A DNA stretch of 62,675 bases, the filler included, from Candidatus Fermentibacterota bacterium (lineage in GTDB: Bacteria; JAFGKV01), in assembly GCA_016928395.1 (NCBI GenBank). It is 10 parts of 10 records of this genome, joined end to end, with 100 filler letters (N's around TTAATTAATTAA, not from the genome) between each part and the next. Parts side by side here need not be neighbours in the genome. Positions count along the whole stretch, not along the records: positions 33,214 to 46,859 come from JAFGKV010000074.1; positions 46,960 to 52,488 come from JAFGKV010000075.1; positions 52,589 to 55,710 come from JAFGKV010000076.1; 7 more parts are not named here. The stretch is one strand, 5' to 3'. A program made the translations under genes and the position numbers. Positions 44,185 to 52,867 of the stretch are shown piece after piece (position 1 is the first letter of the stretch; each line of letters opens with the position of its first letter). The notes under the pieces were generated by a model, which saw nothing but the letters and a program-made list of their open reading frames with translations, searched no databases and had not been told where the DNA came from.

Positions 44185-45632
44185 TGGCCTTTCTCCTGTC
44201 CTCTGGGGCCACCCGATTCGATCGTCTCAGTAGCGGCGCCGGCGGTCCTGCCCAATGCCCGCTCCAGGGTGGCCACCGCCACATTGTACCGATAGAGAGT
44301 CTCCGCGTAGTTCGTCCTCGCGAGATTGAGGGCGAGCTCGGCATCGTTCAGCTCCAGTTGGGTCGAAATGCCGCTCTTGAACCGGGTTTCTGCGATCCTG
44401 AACATGTCCTCGGCCAACTCCACCGTGGCCCGCTGCGCCTCGTACTCCCTGGTCAATCCCTGCAGGTCCTGCACCGCACGGGTCACATCCAGTCGAATGG
44501 CCTTCCGTGCCTGAGCCTGCTCGAACCGGGCCTTGAGCAGCGCGGCGCGGGCCTGTTGAACCTTGCCTTTGGTCCGGAACCCATCGAAAATCGGGGCGCT
44601 GAACACGACTCCTGCGGAAATCGACACCTGGCTGTTTTCATCGAATGCCGCCATGAGATCATCCTTGTTCGCCTGGCCTTGAAGGCTGACCTGGCCGAAT
44701 GCGCCCACTACCGGCAGCATGTTGGCCTTGTAGATGGCCAGCACCCGCTCTTGACCGAGGACATTGAGATCGAGAACCCGCATCTCCGGCCGGTTCTGCT
44801 CCGCCTCAGCCCACGCGCCTTTCATTTCCGCGGTCATGGGCTCGTACCCCAGCGTGTCGACCAAAACCGGATTCTCTTCATCGATGATACCCACGATGCG
44901 CTTCAAATCCTGGAGGGCCAGAGCCATGGCGTTCTCGGCCCGGATCAGATCGGGTGCCCGATTCTTGGCTTCAACCTCGGCCCGCTGTAAGGCAAAACGG
45001 GATTCCATGCCCTGAGTGTGCTTTTCCTGGATATCATCGAAATGAGACCGGGCCTGCTCGAGGGCCTGGCGTTGGATCTGAACGAGCTTCTCGAGAAGCA
45101 AAACCCGGTAGTACGCCTCGGTCACACCGAACACCACATCGCTTTGCGCCTTCTTGACACCCACTCCGGCCATTTTCCGGTAGATGCTCGCGAACTTGAC
45201 CGCATTGCCCACGCGGCCGAAGGCGTACAGGGTCTGATCCAGGCGGAGGGCGCCGGCGAACTCCGTATCGGAGCCAATCTCGATCTTGACGGGGCCATTG
45301 CTGGAGTTCTCGCCATTCTCCCCACCGTTCGCCGAATCCTCCCCGCCTCCGAAGAACTCGGAGGGCAGGAAGAAGGCGGGCTTCTTGAAGTTGCCACTGT
45401 ACTGCGCCTGCAGGGCAATGCTGGGTAGGGCGCCCGCATAGGCTTCGGTCACTGCGCCTGCGGCCTTTCGTTCGTCCTGCTCTGCGATGAGAATCTGCTC
45501 ATTGCTGGCCAGGGCCAGAAGCCGGGCATCGTCCAGGGACAAAGTCCGCGCGGCAACATCGCCGGGGCGGGCAAAAGCCAGAGAGAGAAGCAAGAGCAGA
45601 AGCATCCGTCCACATCTCCAAACTCCCGGCAT
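44181..45632 (-). CDS. TolC-family outer membrane factor
   Basis: Signal peptide, helical OEP repeats, PIFDGF and RFKSGISTQLEL. Start uncertain (45632, 45605 or 45731). Confidence 0.9.
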   Translation of the reverse strand: MPGVWRCGRMLLLLLLSLAFARPGDVAARTLSLDDARLLALASNEQILIAEQDERKAAGAVTEAYAGALPSIALQAQYSGNFKKPAFFLPSEFFGGGEDSANGGENGENSSNGPVKIEIGSDTEFAGALRLDQTLYAFGRVGNAVKFASIYRKMAGVGVKKAQSDVVFGVTEAYYRVLLLEKLVQIQRQALEQARSHFDDIQEKHTQGMESRFALQRAEVEAKNRAPDLIRAENAMALALQDLKRIVGIIDEENPVLVDTLGYEPMTAEMKGAWAEAEQNRPEMRVLDLNVLGQERVLAIYKANMLPVVGAFGQVSLQGQANKDDLMAAFDENSQVSISAGVVFSAPIFDGFRTKGKVQQARAALLKARFEQAQARKAIRLDVTRAVQDLQGLTREYEAQRATVELAEDMFRIAETRFKSGISTQLELNDAELALNLARTNYAETLYRYNVAVATLERALGRTAGAATETIESGGPRGQEKGQ

Positions 45633-45675
45633 CCAACATGTCTCCGCGGAAAGCCGTGTCTTCGCGGCAGAAGTC

Positions 45676-46323
45676 TTACGTATTCTCGGGCGCGAAGGCC
45701 CGAGTGATAGTCCGAACGATGGTCGGTGCATAGTCAGTCCACTTTTCCTTTTTGGCTGGATCGAACCAGCTCACGAGATTCCTGGCCACGAAACCCCACA
45801 GAAGTGCGCGGAGAGTTGCGGTGACGACGGACGGGTCGCCCCGCGCTAAGACTCCTTCATCCATCGCTTCCTGGAACAGGGCATTCAGCCTTTCCTGTAG
45901 GATGGCCTCATGTCGTGAGACGTCGGCCGCGATCGTCTCACGCGTACGGGCAAGGGTCAGTATGGCGCCTAAATAGTTGGATGCGAACGCCGGGTTGTTC
46001 TTGAACCAGGTAGATACCCCACGGACCACGGCACTGATCCGGTCTTCCACCGAGCCACGTCGTGCAATGTGGGCCGTGACCAACTCCTCCAGCTCGTCGT
46101 ACCGATGTTTCAGCAACGAGGCATAGATCTCTTCCTTGCCGGCGAACAGCTTGTACAGGTAGCCCACGCTGAACTCTGCGGAAGCCGCGATTTCCTGCAC
46201 TGTGATGTCATGGTAGAGCCGGTGCTCCAAGAGCGACTCGGCGGCCTGCAGCGCCTCGAGTCGGTGCCGTTCCCGCTCCCGCTCCTTCCGCGGGAGGGCA
46301 TGCATGGGATCCGAATATGTCAT
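45676..46323 (-). CDS. TetR/AcrR-family regulator
   Basis: ITVQEIAASAEFSVGYLYKLFAGKEEI HTH. First gene of the efflux operon. Confidence 0.9.
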   Translation of the reverse strand: MTYSDPMHALPRKERERERHRLEALQAAESLLEHRLYHDITVQEIAASAEFSVGYLYKLFAGKEEIYASLLKHRYDELEELVTAHIARRGSVEDRISAVVRGVSTWFKNNPAFASNYLGAILTLARTRETIAADVSRHEAILQERLNALFQEAMDEGVLARGDPSVVTATLRALLWGFVARNLVSWFDPAKKEKWTDYAPTIVRTITRAFAPENT

Positions 46324-46430
46324 CAGGATGCCGCCTTCATTCAACTCCACGGGGCACACGAGGCCTAGCGAATCACTGCCTCCGCTGCCATAACCACACG
46401 GGGGGCGTCAACTGGAATGGGTGTTCGACA

Positions 46431-46448
46431 TGAGAACGAACGTTCTCA
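46431..46448. promoter_or_regulatory. Likely TetR operator
   Basis: TGAGAACG-AA-CGTTCTCA perfect 8-bp inverted repeat, between a minus-strand TTGACA (46490-46495) and the tetR start. Confidence 0.6.
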
Positions 46449-46649
46449 GCATGAATGATGGTTCACAAGTAGCCACCAGAGTCAATGTCTGTCAAGGAAG
46501 AGAGGACATGCGGGCCAACGGTTCTCACCCCTGCGAGGGCAACTGCTGCGCGGCCCTCATTGGAGGCGCGAGGCCCTGCCCGCGAATGCCCGTCTATGAG
46601 AGCCCAGAGCCACGATGCGTTTGAGAGTACGCAACAAAGCTCGTGCGCC

Positions 46650-46710
46650 TACGACTACGACAACAATGTCGACAACGATTACGACAACGATAGCGATACC
46701 GACCCCGATC
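46650..46710. repeat. Degenerate hexamer repeats (GACAAC/GATTAC/GATAGC)
   Basis: TACGACTACGACAACAATGTCGACAACGATTACGACAACGATAGCGATACCGAC. Related tracts near 59531, 59696 and 60528. Confidence 0.6.
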
Positions 46711-46720
46711 CGGCGGCGGG

Positions 46721-46850
46721 CGACGAGGGGTGTATGGACCAGTGTAGGAGGGCCTTCAGGCCCGACATGGGCGGCGTGTCGCGGCTGAAGCCGCTCCTAC
46801 AGAGAAGCCGCGGCACCGCCTACGTGCGATGCTGCGTACTCTCAACCCCA
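46721..46850. repeat. GTAG REP doublet (BIME-like)
   Basis: Second copy of 28776-28900. Confidence 0.8.
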
Positions 46851-46859
46851 ATAACCTGA

Positions 46860-46959
46860 NNNNNNNNNNNNNNNNNNNNNNNNNNNNNNNNNNNNNNNNN
46901 NNNTTAATTAATTAANNNNNNNNNNNNNNNNNNNNNNNNNNNNNNNNNNNNNNNNNNNN
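46860..46959. other. Artificial contig linker
   Basis: N44-TTAATTAATTAA-N44. Confidence 0.98.
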
Positions 46960-47190
46960 GCCAAGCTGGCCCAGGACGTGGCCCGCGATCTCTTCGCCGA
47001 AGGTATCTACGTTGTCGGGTTCTTCTTCCCGGTGGTACCGAAGGGGCAGGCACGCATCAGGACGCAACTCTCGGCCGCCCACGAGAAGCATCATCTCGAC
47101 AAGGCCATCGCCGCCTTCACGAAGGTCGGAGCGAAATACGGCATTCTCGGCAAGAAGAAGAGCGATATCATTGCCCAGTACGGCATGTAG
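46960..47190 (+). CDS. kbl: Glycine C-acetyltransferase paralog, C-terminal fragment
   Basis: [28 protein letters not shown], open from the contig edge. Confidence 0.8.
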   Translation, partial: AKLAQDVARDLFAEGIYVVGFFFPVVPKGQARIRTQLSAAHEKHHLDKAIAAFTKVGAKYGILGKKKSDIIAQYGM

Positions 47191-47197
47191 GAATTCG

Positions 47198-47224
47198 TCC
47201 CCCGCGGCGTGACGCCGCGGGGGA
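47198..47224. terminator. GC-rich hairpin between the kbl paralogs
   Basis: TCCCCCGCGGCG-TGA-CGCCGCGGGGGA, 12-bp perfect arms, no U-tract. Confidence 0.45.
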
Positions 47225-47249
47225 TGGCTCATCCTCCCGCAGGAGCATT

Positions 47250-48461
47250 ATGGCCTTTCACCTCAGGACCAAAGCGCACTACGAGAACGAGCTGGTCGAG
47301 CTTGATTTGGCCGACTTGCTCAAGGAGGAACGGTACATCCACTCTCCCCAGGCGCCGCTGGTCGTGGTGGAGTACCCGCCGGGCGCGCCGGGGAAGGAAG
47401 TCATCAACTTCTGCGCCAACAACTATCTGGGGCTCTCCAGCCACCCCGCCCTGATCGAGGCCGCGCGCCAAGGATTAGAGACGCGGGGGTTTGGCATGTC
47501 GTCCGTGCGATTCATCTGCGGCACGCAAGATCGCCATAGAGAGCTGGAGCAGAGGATGGCCCGCTTCCTGGGCATGGATGATGCCATCTTGTATTCGTCA
47601 TGCTTCGACGCCAACCTCGGGCTGTTCGAAGCCCTCTTGGGCGAGGAAGACGCCTTGCTGTCCGACCAGCTTAACCACGCCTCCATTATCGACGGCATCC
47701 GGCTGTGCAAGGCCCAACGCCACCGCTACAAGCACCGGGATCTTCGTGACCTAGAGCAGTGTCTGCGACAGACCCTGAACAGCCGATTCCGGCTGATCGT
47801 GACCGACGGCGCCTTTTCCATGGACGGCGACCTGGCGCCCTTGGAGGGCATCTGCAACCTCGCCGAAGAATACGACGCCATGGTGATGGTGGACGATTCG
47901 CACGCCACGGGCTTCATCGGCCCCACGGGCAGGGGAACCCATGAGCACTTCGAAGTGGAGGGCAGGATTGACCTCATCACCACGACCTTTGGCAAGGCGT
48001 TGGGTGGGGCCTCGGGCGGCTGCGTGGCCGGTCAGCAGGCGCTTATCGACATCCTCCGCCAGCGGTCGCGTCCCTACCTGTTCTCGAATACGGTGAGCCC
48101 CATGGTGGTGGCCGCCACCCTGGCCGCCATCGATCTGATCGAGGAGTCCACGGCATTGCGTGATCGATTGGAGGCCAATACCCGCCATTTCCGTCGTCGC
48201 ATGAAGAACGCTGGCTTCGCGGTGCGGGAGGGCATCCATCCCATCGTACCCATCATCCTCCATGAGGCGGAGGCGGTGCAGGAAATGTCGCGGGCTCTGT
48301 TTGATGAAGGAATCTACGTCATTGGGTTCTTCTATCCCGTTGTGCCCCGGGGCAAGGCGCGGATCAGGGTTCAGATCTCGGCCGCCCACGAGCAGGCTCA
48401 TCTGGACCGGGCAGTGGAAGCCTTTACCACAGTCGGGAAGCGGTTGGGCGTGATCGCGTGA
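47250..48461 (+). CDS. kbl: Glycine C-acetyltransferase (2-amino-3-ketobutyrate CoA ligase)
   Basis: [52 protein letters not shown]. Confidence 0.93.
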   Translation: MAFHLRTKAHYENELVELDLADLLKEERYIHSPQAPLVVVEYPPGAPGKEVINFCANNYLGLSSHPALIEAARQGLETRGFGMSSVRFICGTQDRHRELEQRMARFLGMDDAILYSSCFDANLGLFEALLGEEDALLSDQLNHASIIDGIRLCKAQRHRYKHRDLRDLEQCLRQTLNSRFRLIVTDGAFSMDGDLAPLEGICNLAEEYDAMVMVDDSHATGFIGPTGRGTHEHFEVEGRIDLITTTFGKALGGASGGCVAGQQALIDILRQRSRPYLFSNTVSPMVVAATLAAIDLIEESTALRDRLEANTRHFRRRMKNAGFAVREGIHPIVPIILHEAEAVQEMSRALFDEGIYVIGFFYPVVPRGKARIRVQISAAHEQAHLDRAVEAFTTVGKRLGVIA

Positions 48462-48520
48462 GGGCGGTCAGCAGTCGGGCGGCGGAAGCCTTGGGACGCA
48501 CGACATGCGCAACGCGGGGA

Positions 48521-48604
48521 ATGGATGGATGGACGAATGGATGGATGGACGAATGGACGAATGGACGGATGGATGGACGAATGGACGGATGGACGGATGG
48601 ATGG
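48521..48604. repeat. Tetramer-based simple repeat (ATGG/ACGA/ACGG)n
   Basis: ATGGATGGATGGACGAATGG... The complementary CCAT tracts occur at contig ends 52441-52488 and 59807-59840. Confidence 0.8.
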
Positions 48605-48666
48605 GGGCGGACTGTAGACCGTGAACCGTGAACCCCCAAGGATCCGCCGGCAAAGAGGCGGGGTAG

Positions 48667-49260
48667 ATGACCGTAGCTGAGTGGAAGCATCGTTTCAGAG
48701 AGGGTATTGAGCCGCTTGGGCGTGCCCTCGTACGCATCGGGATCACGGCCAACGGGGTTACTGCAGCGGGAGCTGTGCTGTGCCTGGTCGCCGGCGTGTG
48801 TCTGTTCCGGGGACAGTTTCGCCTTGGCCTCCTGTTTTTTGTGGCCGGCGGCTGTTGTGACTTCATCGATGGTGCCGTAGCCAGGGCGGGCGGAACGGTC
48901 AGCGCATTCGGCGCCTTTCTGGATTCGGTGCTTGACCGCTACAGCGAGATGTTTCTTTACGTGGGCCTCATGGGCTGGTTCATTCGTTGTGGCGAGATGA
49001 CCGTTGCTCTGGCCTCAGCCGGTGCTCTGGCAGGATCGCTTCTGGTGAGTTATGCCAGGGCCCGTGCCGAAGGCGTGGGCTTCTCGTGCAGTGAGGGTGT
49101 GGCGCAGCGGCCCGAACGGCTGATGCTTCTTGGCGTCGGGCTTCTGTGTGGCGGCGATCTGCTGCGCGGAGTCATCTGGCTCGTCGCTGTCGCCAGTCAT
49201 CTGACGGTGATTCAGCGGATGGTCATTGTGAGCAGACGAGCCCGGAAAGGTGAGAGGTAG
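48667..49260 (+). CDS. CDP-alcohol phosphatidyltransferase (PI/PIP-synthase-like)
   Basis: DFIDGAVAR...GAFLDSVLDR signature, VSYARARAEG and RPER. Confidence 0.88.
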   Translation: MTVAEWKHRFREGIEPLGRALVRIGITANGVTAAGAVLCLVAGVCLFRGQFRLGLLFFVAGGCCDFIDGAVARAGGTVSAFGAFLDSVLDRYSEMFLYVGLMGWFIRCGEMTVALASAGALAGSLLVSYARARAEGVGFSCSEGVAQRPERLMLLGVGLLCGGDLLRGVIWLVAVASHLTVIQRMVIVSRRARKGER

Positions 49261-49262
49261 CG

Positions 49263-49769
49263 GTGGCTGAGAGCGGTGAAACGACAATCGAAGTCTCCGT
49301 CAAGGCCCTGGTGCTTGACGAGCGAACCCATGTTCCCGTGGTGATGCTCAAGGAGAAGGACGGGGAGCGTATGCTCCCCATCTGGATAGGCCCGGCTGAG
49401 GCCAGCGCCATCGCCATTGCCCTGGAGGACATGGAGCCCCAGCGCCCCCTGACCCACGATCTGCTCCTGTCGATCATCGAAGGCCTGCGGGCAACGGTAC
49501 AGAAAGTAGTCGTCACGGAGATCAGGGACAGTACATTCTACGCCCGGATCTTCATCCGGGGTGAGGGTGGAATTGCAGCGGTCGATGCGCGCCCCTCGGA
49601 CTCTGTGGCATTGGCATTACGGGCAAAGGCCCCTATCTTTGTCGCCAGTGCCGTGTTTGAACAACATGGGAGCACACCGGAAGAGCCAGGTCCCGAGGAT
49701 CGCGCTCAGGCGCTCCGTGACCATCTCCGCAACCTTGACCTCAAGGATTTCGGCAAGTTGGAGGGATAG
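49263..49769 (+). CDS. Bifunctional nuclease family protein (DUF151)
   Basis: LPIWIGPAEA, RPLTHDL, DARPSDSVALALR. Confidence 0.92.
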   Translation: MAESGETTIEVSVKALVLDERTHVPVVMLKEKDGERMLPIWIGPAEASAIAIALEDMEPQRPLTHDLLLSIIEGLRATVQKVVVTEIRDSTFYARIFIRGEGGIAAVDARPSDSVALALRAKAPIFVASAVFEQHGSTPEEPGPEDRAQALRDHLRNLDLKDFGKLEG

Positions 49770-50036
49770 ATGGAGGATTGGGGAGAACTTGCGCTTATGT
49801 ATCTGGAAGAGGTCGATCCCCGTGCGGTGTGGGGCATCGATCTTGACGATGTCATCGATACGTTTCGCGCAGGGGGATTCACGAGGGTCGAGGCGGGGGC
49901 AGTCGCGAGATGGCTTTTCGCGTGCCTTCCCCCGCAATCGTCGGATGGTGCCCGTCGTTTCTGGCTGTCCGCCGGTGATGACGACGAAGAGGAAGAACGC
50001 GGTCCGGACGAGGCGCCCCCTCCGACCGTTCACTGA
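49770..50036 (+). CDS. Short Smg/DUF494-like acidic protein
   Basis: LMYL...GF..VE...ARWL pattern and C-terminal TVH, directly upstream of topA. GGAGG RBS. Confidence 0.5.
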   Translation: MEDWGELALMYLEEVDPRAVWGIDLDDVIDTFRAGGFTRVEAGAVARWLFACLPPQSSDGARRFWLSAGDDDEEEERGPDEAPPPTVH

Positions 50037-50189
50037 TCTGTTTCTCCGTTTTCTCGCCTGTTCCCGTGGTCTGGCGCCCACCAGGGCAGTCTGGCCGCTC
50101 ACAGAGTTCGGCCCTCCCGCAGGTGGCGCGCCCAGTCCCCGCGGGATGATCGGCCGTTCGAGGATTCCAACACTCAGCGTGTGTGCACT

Positions 50190-52391
50190 ATGCCTAAGTC
50201 ATTGGTGATCGTGGAGTCGCCCGCCAAGGCGAAGACCATCGGCGGGTTCCTTGGGACGGGTTTTCAGGTGGTGGCATCCATGGGTCACGTGCGTGACCTG
50301 CCGCCGCGGTCGCTGGGTGTTGATCCCGACGCCGGATTCACGCCCGAGTACGAGATCATCGCCGGCAAGAGCAAGGTCGTTCGCGAGATCAGAGACGCGG
50401 CGCGCTCAGCGGTCGCCATCTACCTGGCGGCGGATCAGGACAGGGAGGGAGAAGCGATCTCGTGGCACGTGAAAAGCCTTCTTCCCCAAGATGACCGACC
50501 CGTCTGGCGGGTGCTGTTTAACGAGATCACCAAGACGGCCATACAACACGCGATTCAGGACCCCGGCTTGCTGGACATGAACAAGGTCGACGCTCAGCAA
50601 GCCCGCCGGGTGCTGGATCGATTGGTGGGCTACAAGGTCAGCCCCTATCTGTGGCGCACCCTGAAGACGAATCTTTCGGCCGGCAGGGTGCAGAGCGTTG
50701 CCCTGCGGCTGGTCTGCGAACGCGAAGAGGAAATCCTCTCCTTCAAGCCCGAGGAATACTGGGTCATCAAGGCCCACCTGAAAGATGCGTCGGGGGCCGC
50801 GTTCGATGCCACTCTGGCGACCAAGGGCGGCAAGAAGATACGCGTGGAATGTGCCGAAGAGGCATCGAGGACATGCGCCGAGCTGGAACAGCAGCGTTTT
50901 GCGGTCGGCAGTGTCGCCACGGTGCAGCGATTCTCCAAGACTCCGGCGCCGTTCATCACCAGCTCCCTGCAGCAAGAGGCCAGCAATCGGCTTGGATTCG
51001 CGCCGGAGCGCACCATGCGGGTGGCCCAGGAGTTGTATGAGGGCCTGGAGGTCGCGGGCGAAGGGCATGTCGGGCTCATTACCTACATGCGCACCGATTC
51101 CTTCCGCATCGCCAAGGAGGCCCAAGACGAGGCCAGGTCGCTCATTCGCGACCGATGGGGCGATGCCTTCGTGCCGGCGAAGCCGCCTTTCTACGGGTCA
51201 CGGAAGCGTGCCCAGGATGCCCATGAGGCGATCCGTCCGACCGGCGTCAGGCGCGAACCGGGCGAGATGGCACGGCATTTGGGTCGCGATCAAGCCCGGC
51301 TCTACGAGCTGATCTGGCGGCGTTTTGTTGGCTCACAAATGGCGGCGGAGAAGGTCGAGGTCACCACCGTCATGGTGGACGCCGGTCCGTATGGATTGCG
51401 GGCCAACGGCCTTCGCCGCCTGTTTCCGGGGCATACGGCCGTGTGGCCTTCAGCCAAGGACGAGCAGGAACTGCCGGTCTTGAAAGAGGGCCAGGAGGTA
51501 ACCCTCCAGCGGATCGACCGGACCCAGCAGTTCACCAAACCGCGACCACGCTTCACCGAGGCATCGCTTATCAAGGAGCTGGAATCCAAGGGGATCGGCC
51601 GTCCAAGCACCTATGCGAGCATTGTGTCCACCTTGCGGCGCAGGAACTACGTGGTTCGGGAAGACAAGTGCCTTGTGCCCACCGAGCTGGGCAAGGCAGT
51701 GAACACCATCCTTGTCGGAGGATTCCCCGACCTGTTCGCTGTCGGGTTTACTGCCCAACTGGAAGATCAGTTGGACAAGGTCGAGCGCGGCGAAGCGTCG
51801 TGGGTGTCGGTGGTTTCTGATTTCTACGAGGCGTTCAAGGGACAACTGTCCGCGGCCGAACGTTCCTCGTCAGAACTGCGACGCCTGACCCAGCGCGACA
51901 GCGGCCAGACATGTCCCGAGTGCGGCAAGCCTCTGTTGATCAAGATGGGCCGACACGGGGAGTTTCTAGCCTGCAGCGGCTTTCCCGCGTGTAGACATGC
52001 GGGGCCACTGAAGAAGGATGCCGAGACCGCGCCACAGGTGGTACAGGGCGAATGCCCCAGGTGCGGCGCGCCCATGGTGATGAGGTCGGGCAGGTTTGGT
52101 GAGTTCCTGGCGTGCAGCACCTATCCCACGTGCAAGGGAACGCGTCCTCTGACTACGGGCGTACCTTGCCCCAAGGAGGGCTGTACCGGGGAGATAAGCT
52201 CGAAGCGGAGCAAAGGCGGCAAGCGGTTCTATGGATGCAGCCGTTATCCCCAATGCGACTTCGTGACCTGGGCGGAACCGGTGGCGGTCCTCTGCCCCCA
52301 CTGCGGAGCTCCTGCGGCGGGCAAACGGGTTCGCGGCTCCAAGGAATCCCTCAAGTGCCTGCGCTGCGGCAAGGCCGTCAAGGAAGGGTAG
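50190..52391 (+). CDS. topA: DNA topoisomerase I
   Basis: IVESPAK, DQDREGE, SAGRVQS, ITYMRTDS (catalytic Tyr), GIGRPSTY, and C-terminal C4 zinc ribbons. Confidence 0.97.
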   Translation: MPKSLVIVESPAKAKTIGGFLGTGFQVVASMGHVRDLPPRSLGVDPDAGFTPEYEIIAGKSKVVREIRDAARSAVAIYLAADQDREGEAISWHVKSLLPQDDRPVWRVLFNEITKTAIQHAIQDPGLLDMNKVDAQQARRVLDRLVGYKVSPYLWRTLKTNLSAGRVQSVALRLVCEREEEILSFKPEEYWVIKAHLKDASGAAFDATLATKGGKKIRVECAEEASRTCAELEQQRFAVGSVATVQRFSKTPAPFITSSLQQEASNRLGFAPERTMRVAQELYEGLEVAGEGHVGLITYMRTDSFRIAKEAQDEARSLIRDRWGDAFVPAKPPFYGSRKRAQDAHEAIRPTGVRREPGEMARHLGRDQARLYELIWRRFVGSQMAAEKVEVTTVMVDAGPYGLRANGLRRLFPGHTAVWPSAKDEQELPVLKEGQEVTLQRIDRTQQFTKPRPRFTEASLIKELESKGIGRPSTYASIVSTLRRRNYVVREDKCLVPTELGKAVNTILVGGFPDLFAVGFTAQLEDQLDKVERGEASWVSVVSDFYEAFKGQLSAAERSSSELRRLTQRDSGQTCPECGKPLLIKMGRHGEFLACSGFPACRHAGPLKKDAETAPQVVQGECPRCGAPMVMRSGRFGEFLACSTYPTCKGTRPLTTGVPCPKEGCTGEISSKRSKGGKRFYGCSRYPQCDFVTWAEPVAVLCPHCGAPAAGKRVRGSKESLKCLRCGKAVKEG

Positions 52392-52488
52392 GCTTCAGTT
52401 CGCTCTGCGTGTCCGGTTCGCAGTTCACCGTCCGCCGCGATCCTTCCATCCATCCATTGTTCCACCATTCCATCGTTCCATCGTTCCA

Positions 52489-52588
52489 NNNNNNNNNNNN
52501 NNNNNNNNNNNNNNNNNNNNNNNNNNNNNNNNTTAATTAATTAANNNNNNNNNNNNNNNNNNNNNNNNNNNNNNNNNNNNNNNNNNNN
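52489..52588. other. Artificial contig linker
   Basis: N44-TTAATTAATTAA-N44. Confidence 0.98.
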
Positions 52589-52867
52589 GATTGCCCTTGC
52601 AGTGGGTGCTTCTCGCGAATGATCTGCACCTGTTGTACGGGGTCCTGGATGTGGGTAGTCTGTCGTACAGTTCTTGGATGATTCGCTGTCACCCTGGATC
52701 GCGGCGCGGAGGCCGAGCCGGGAGTCTCCGGACACCCGTGGAGGATTCCAGATCGGCAAGGGCCAGAGGCCCTCCGCGCACCGTTCCGTCAGGTTGAAGG
52801 AACCGTAGTCATGGATCTAGTCACAACCCTTGAGGCGTTCGAATCACATCGAAAGTGAGGTAGCACA

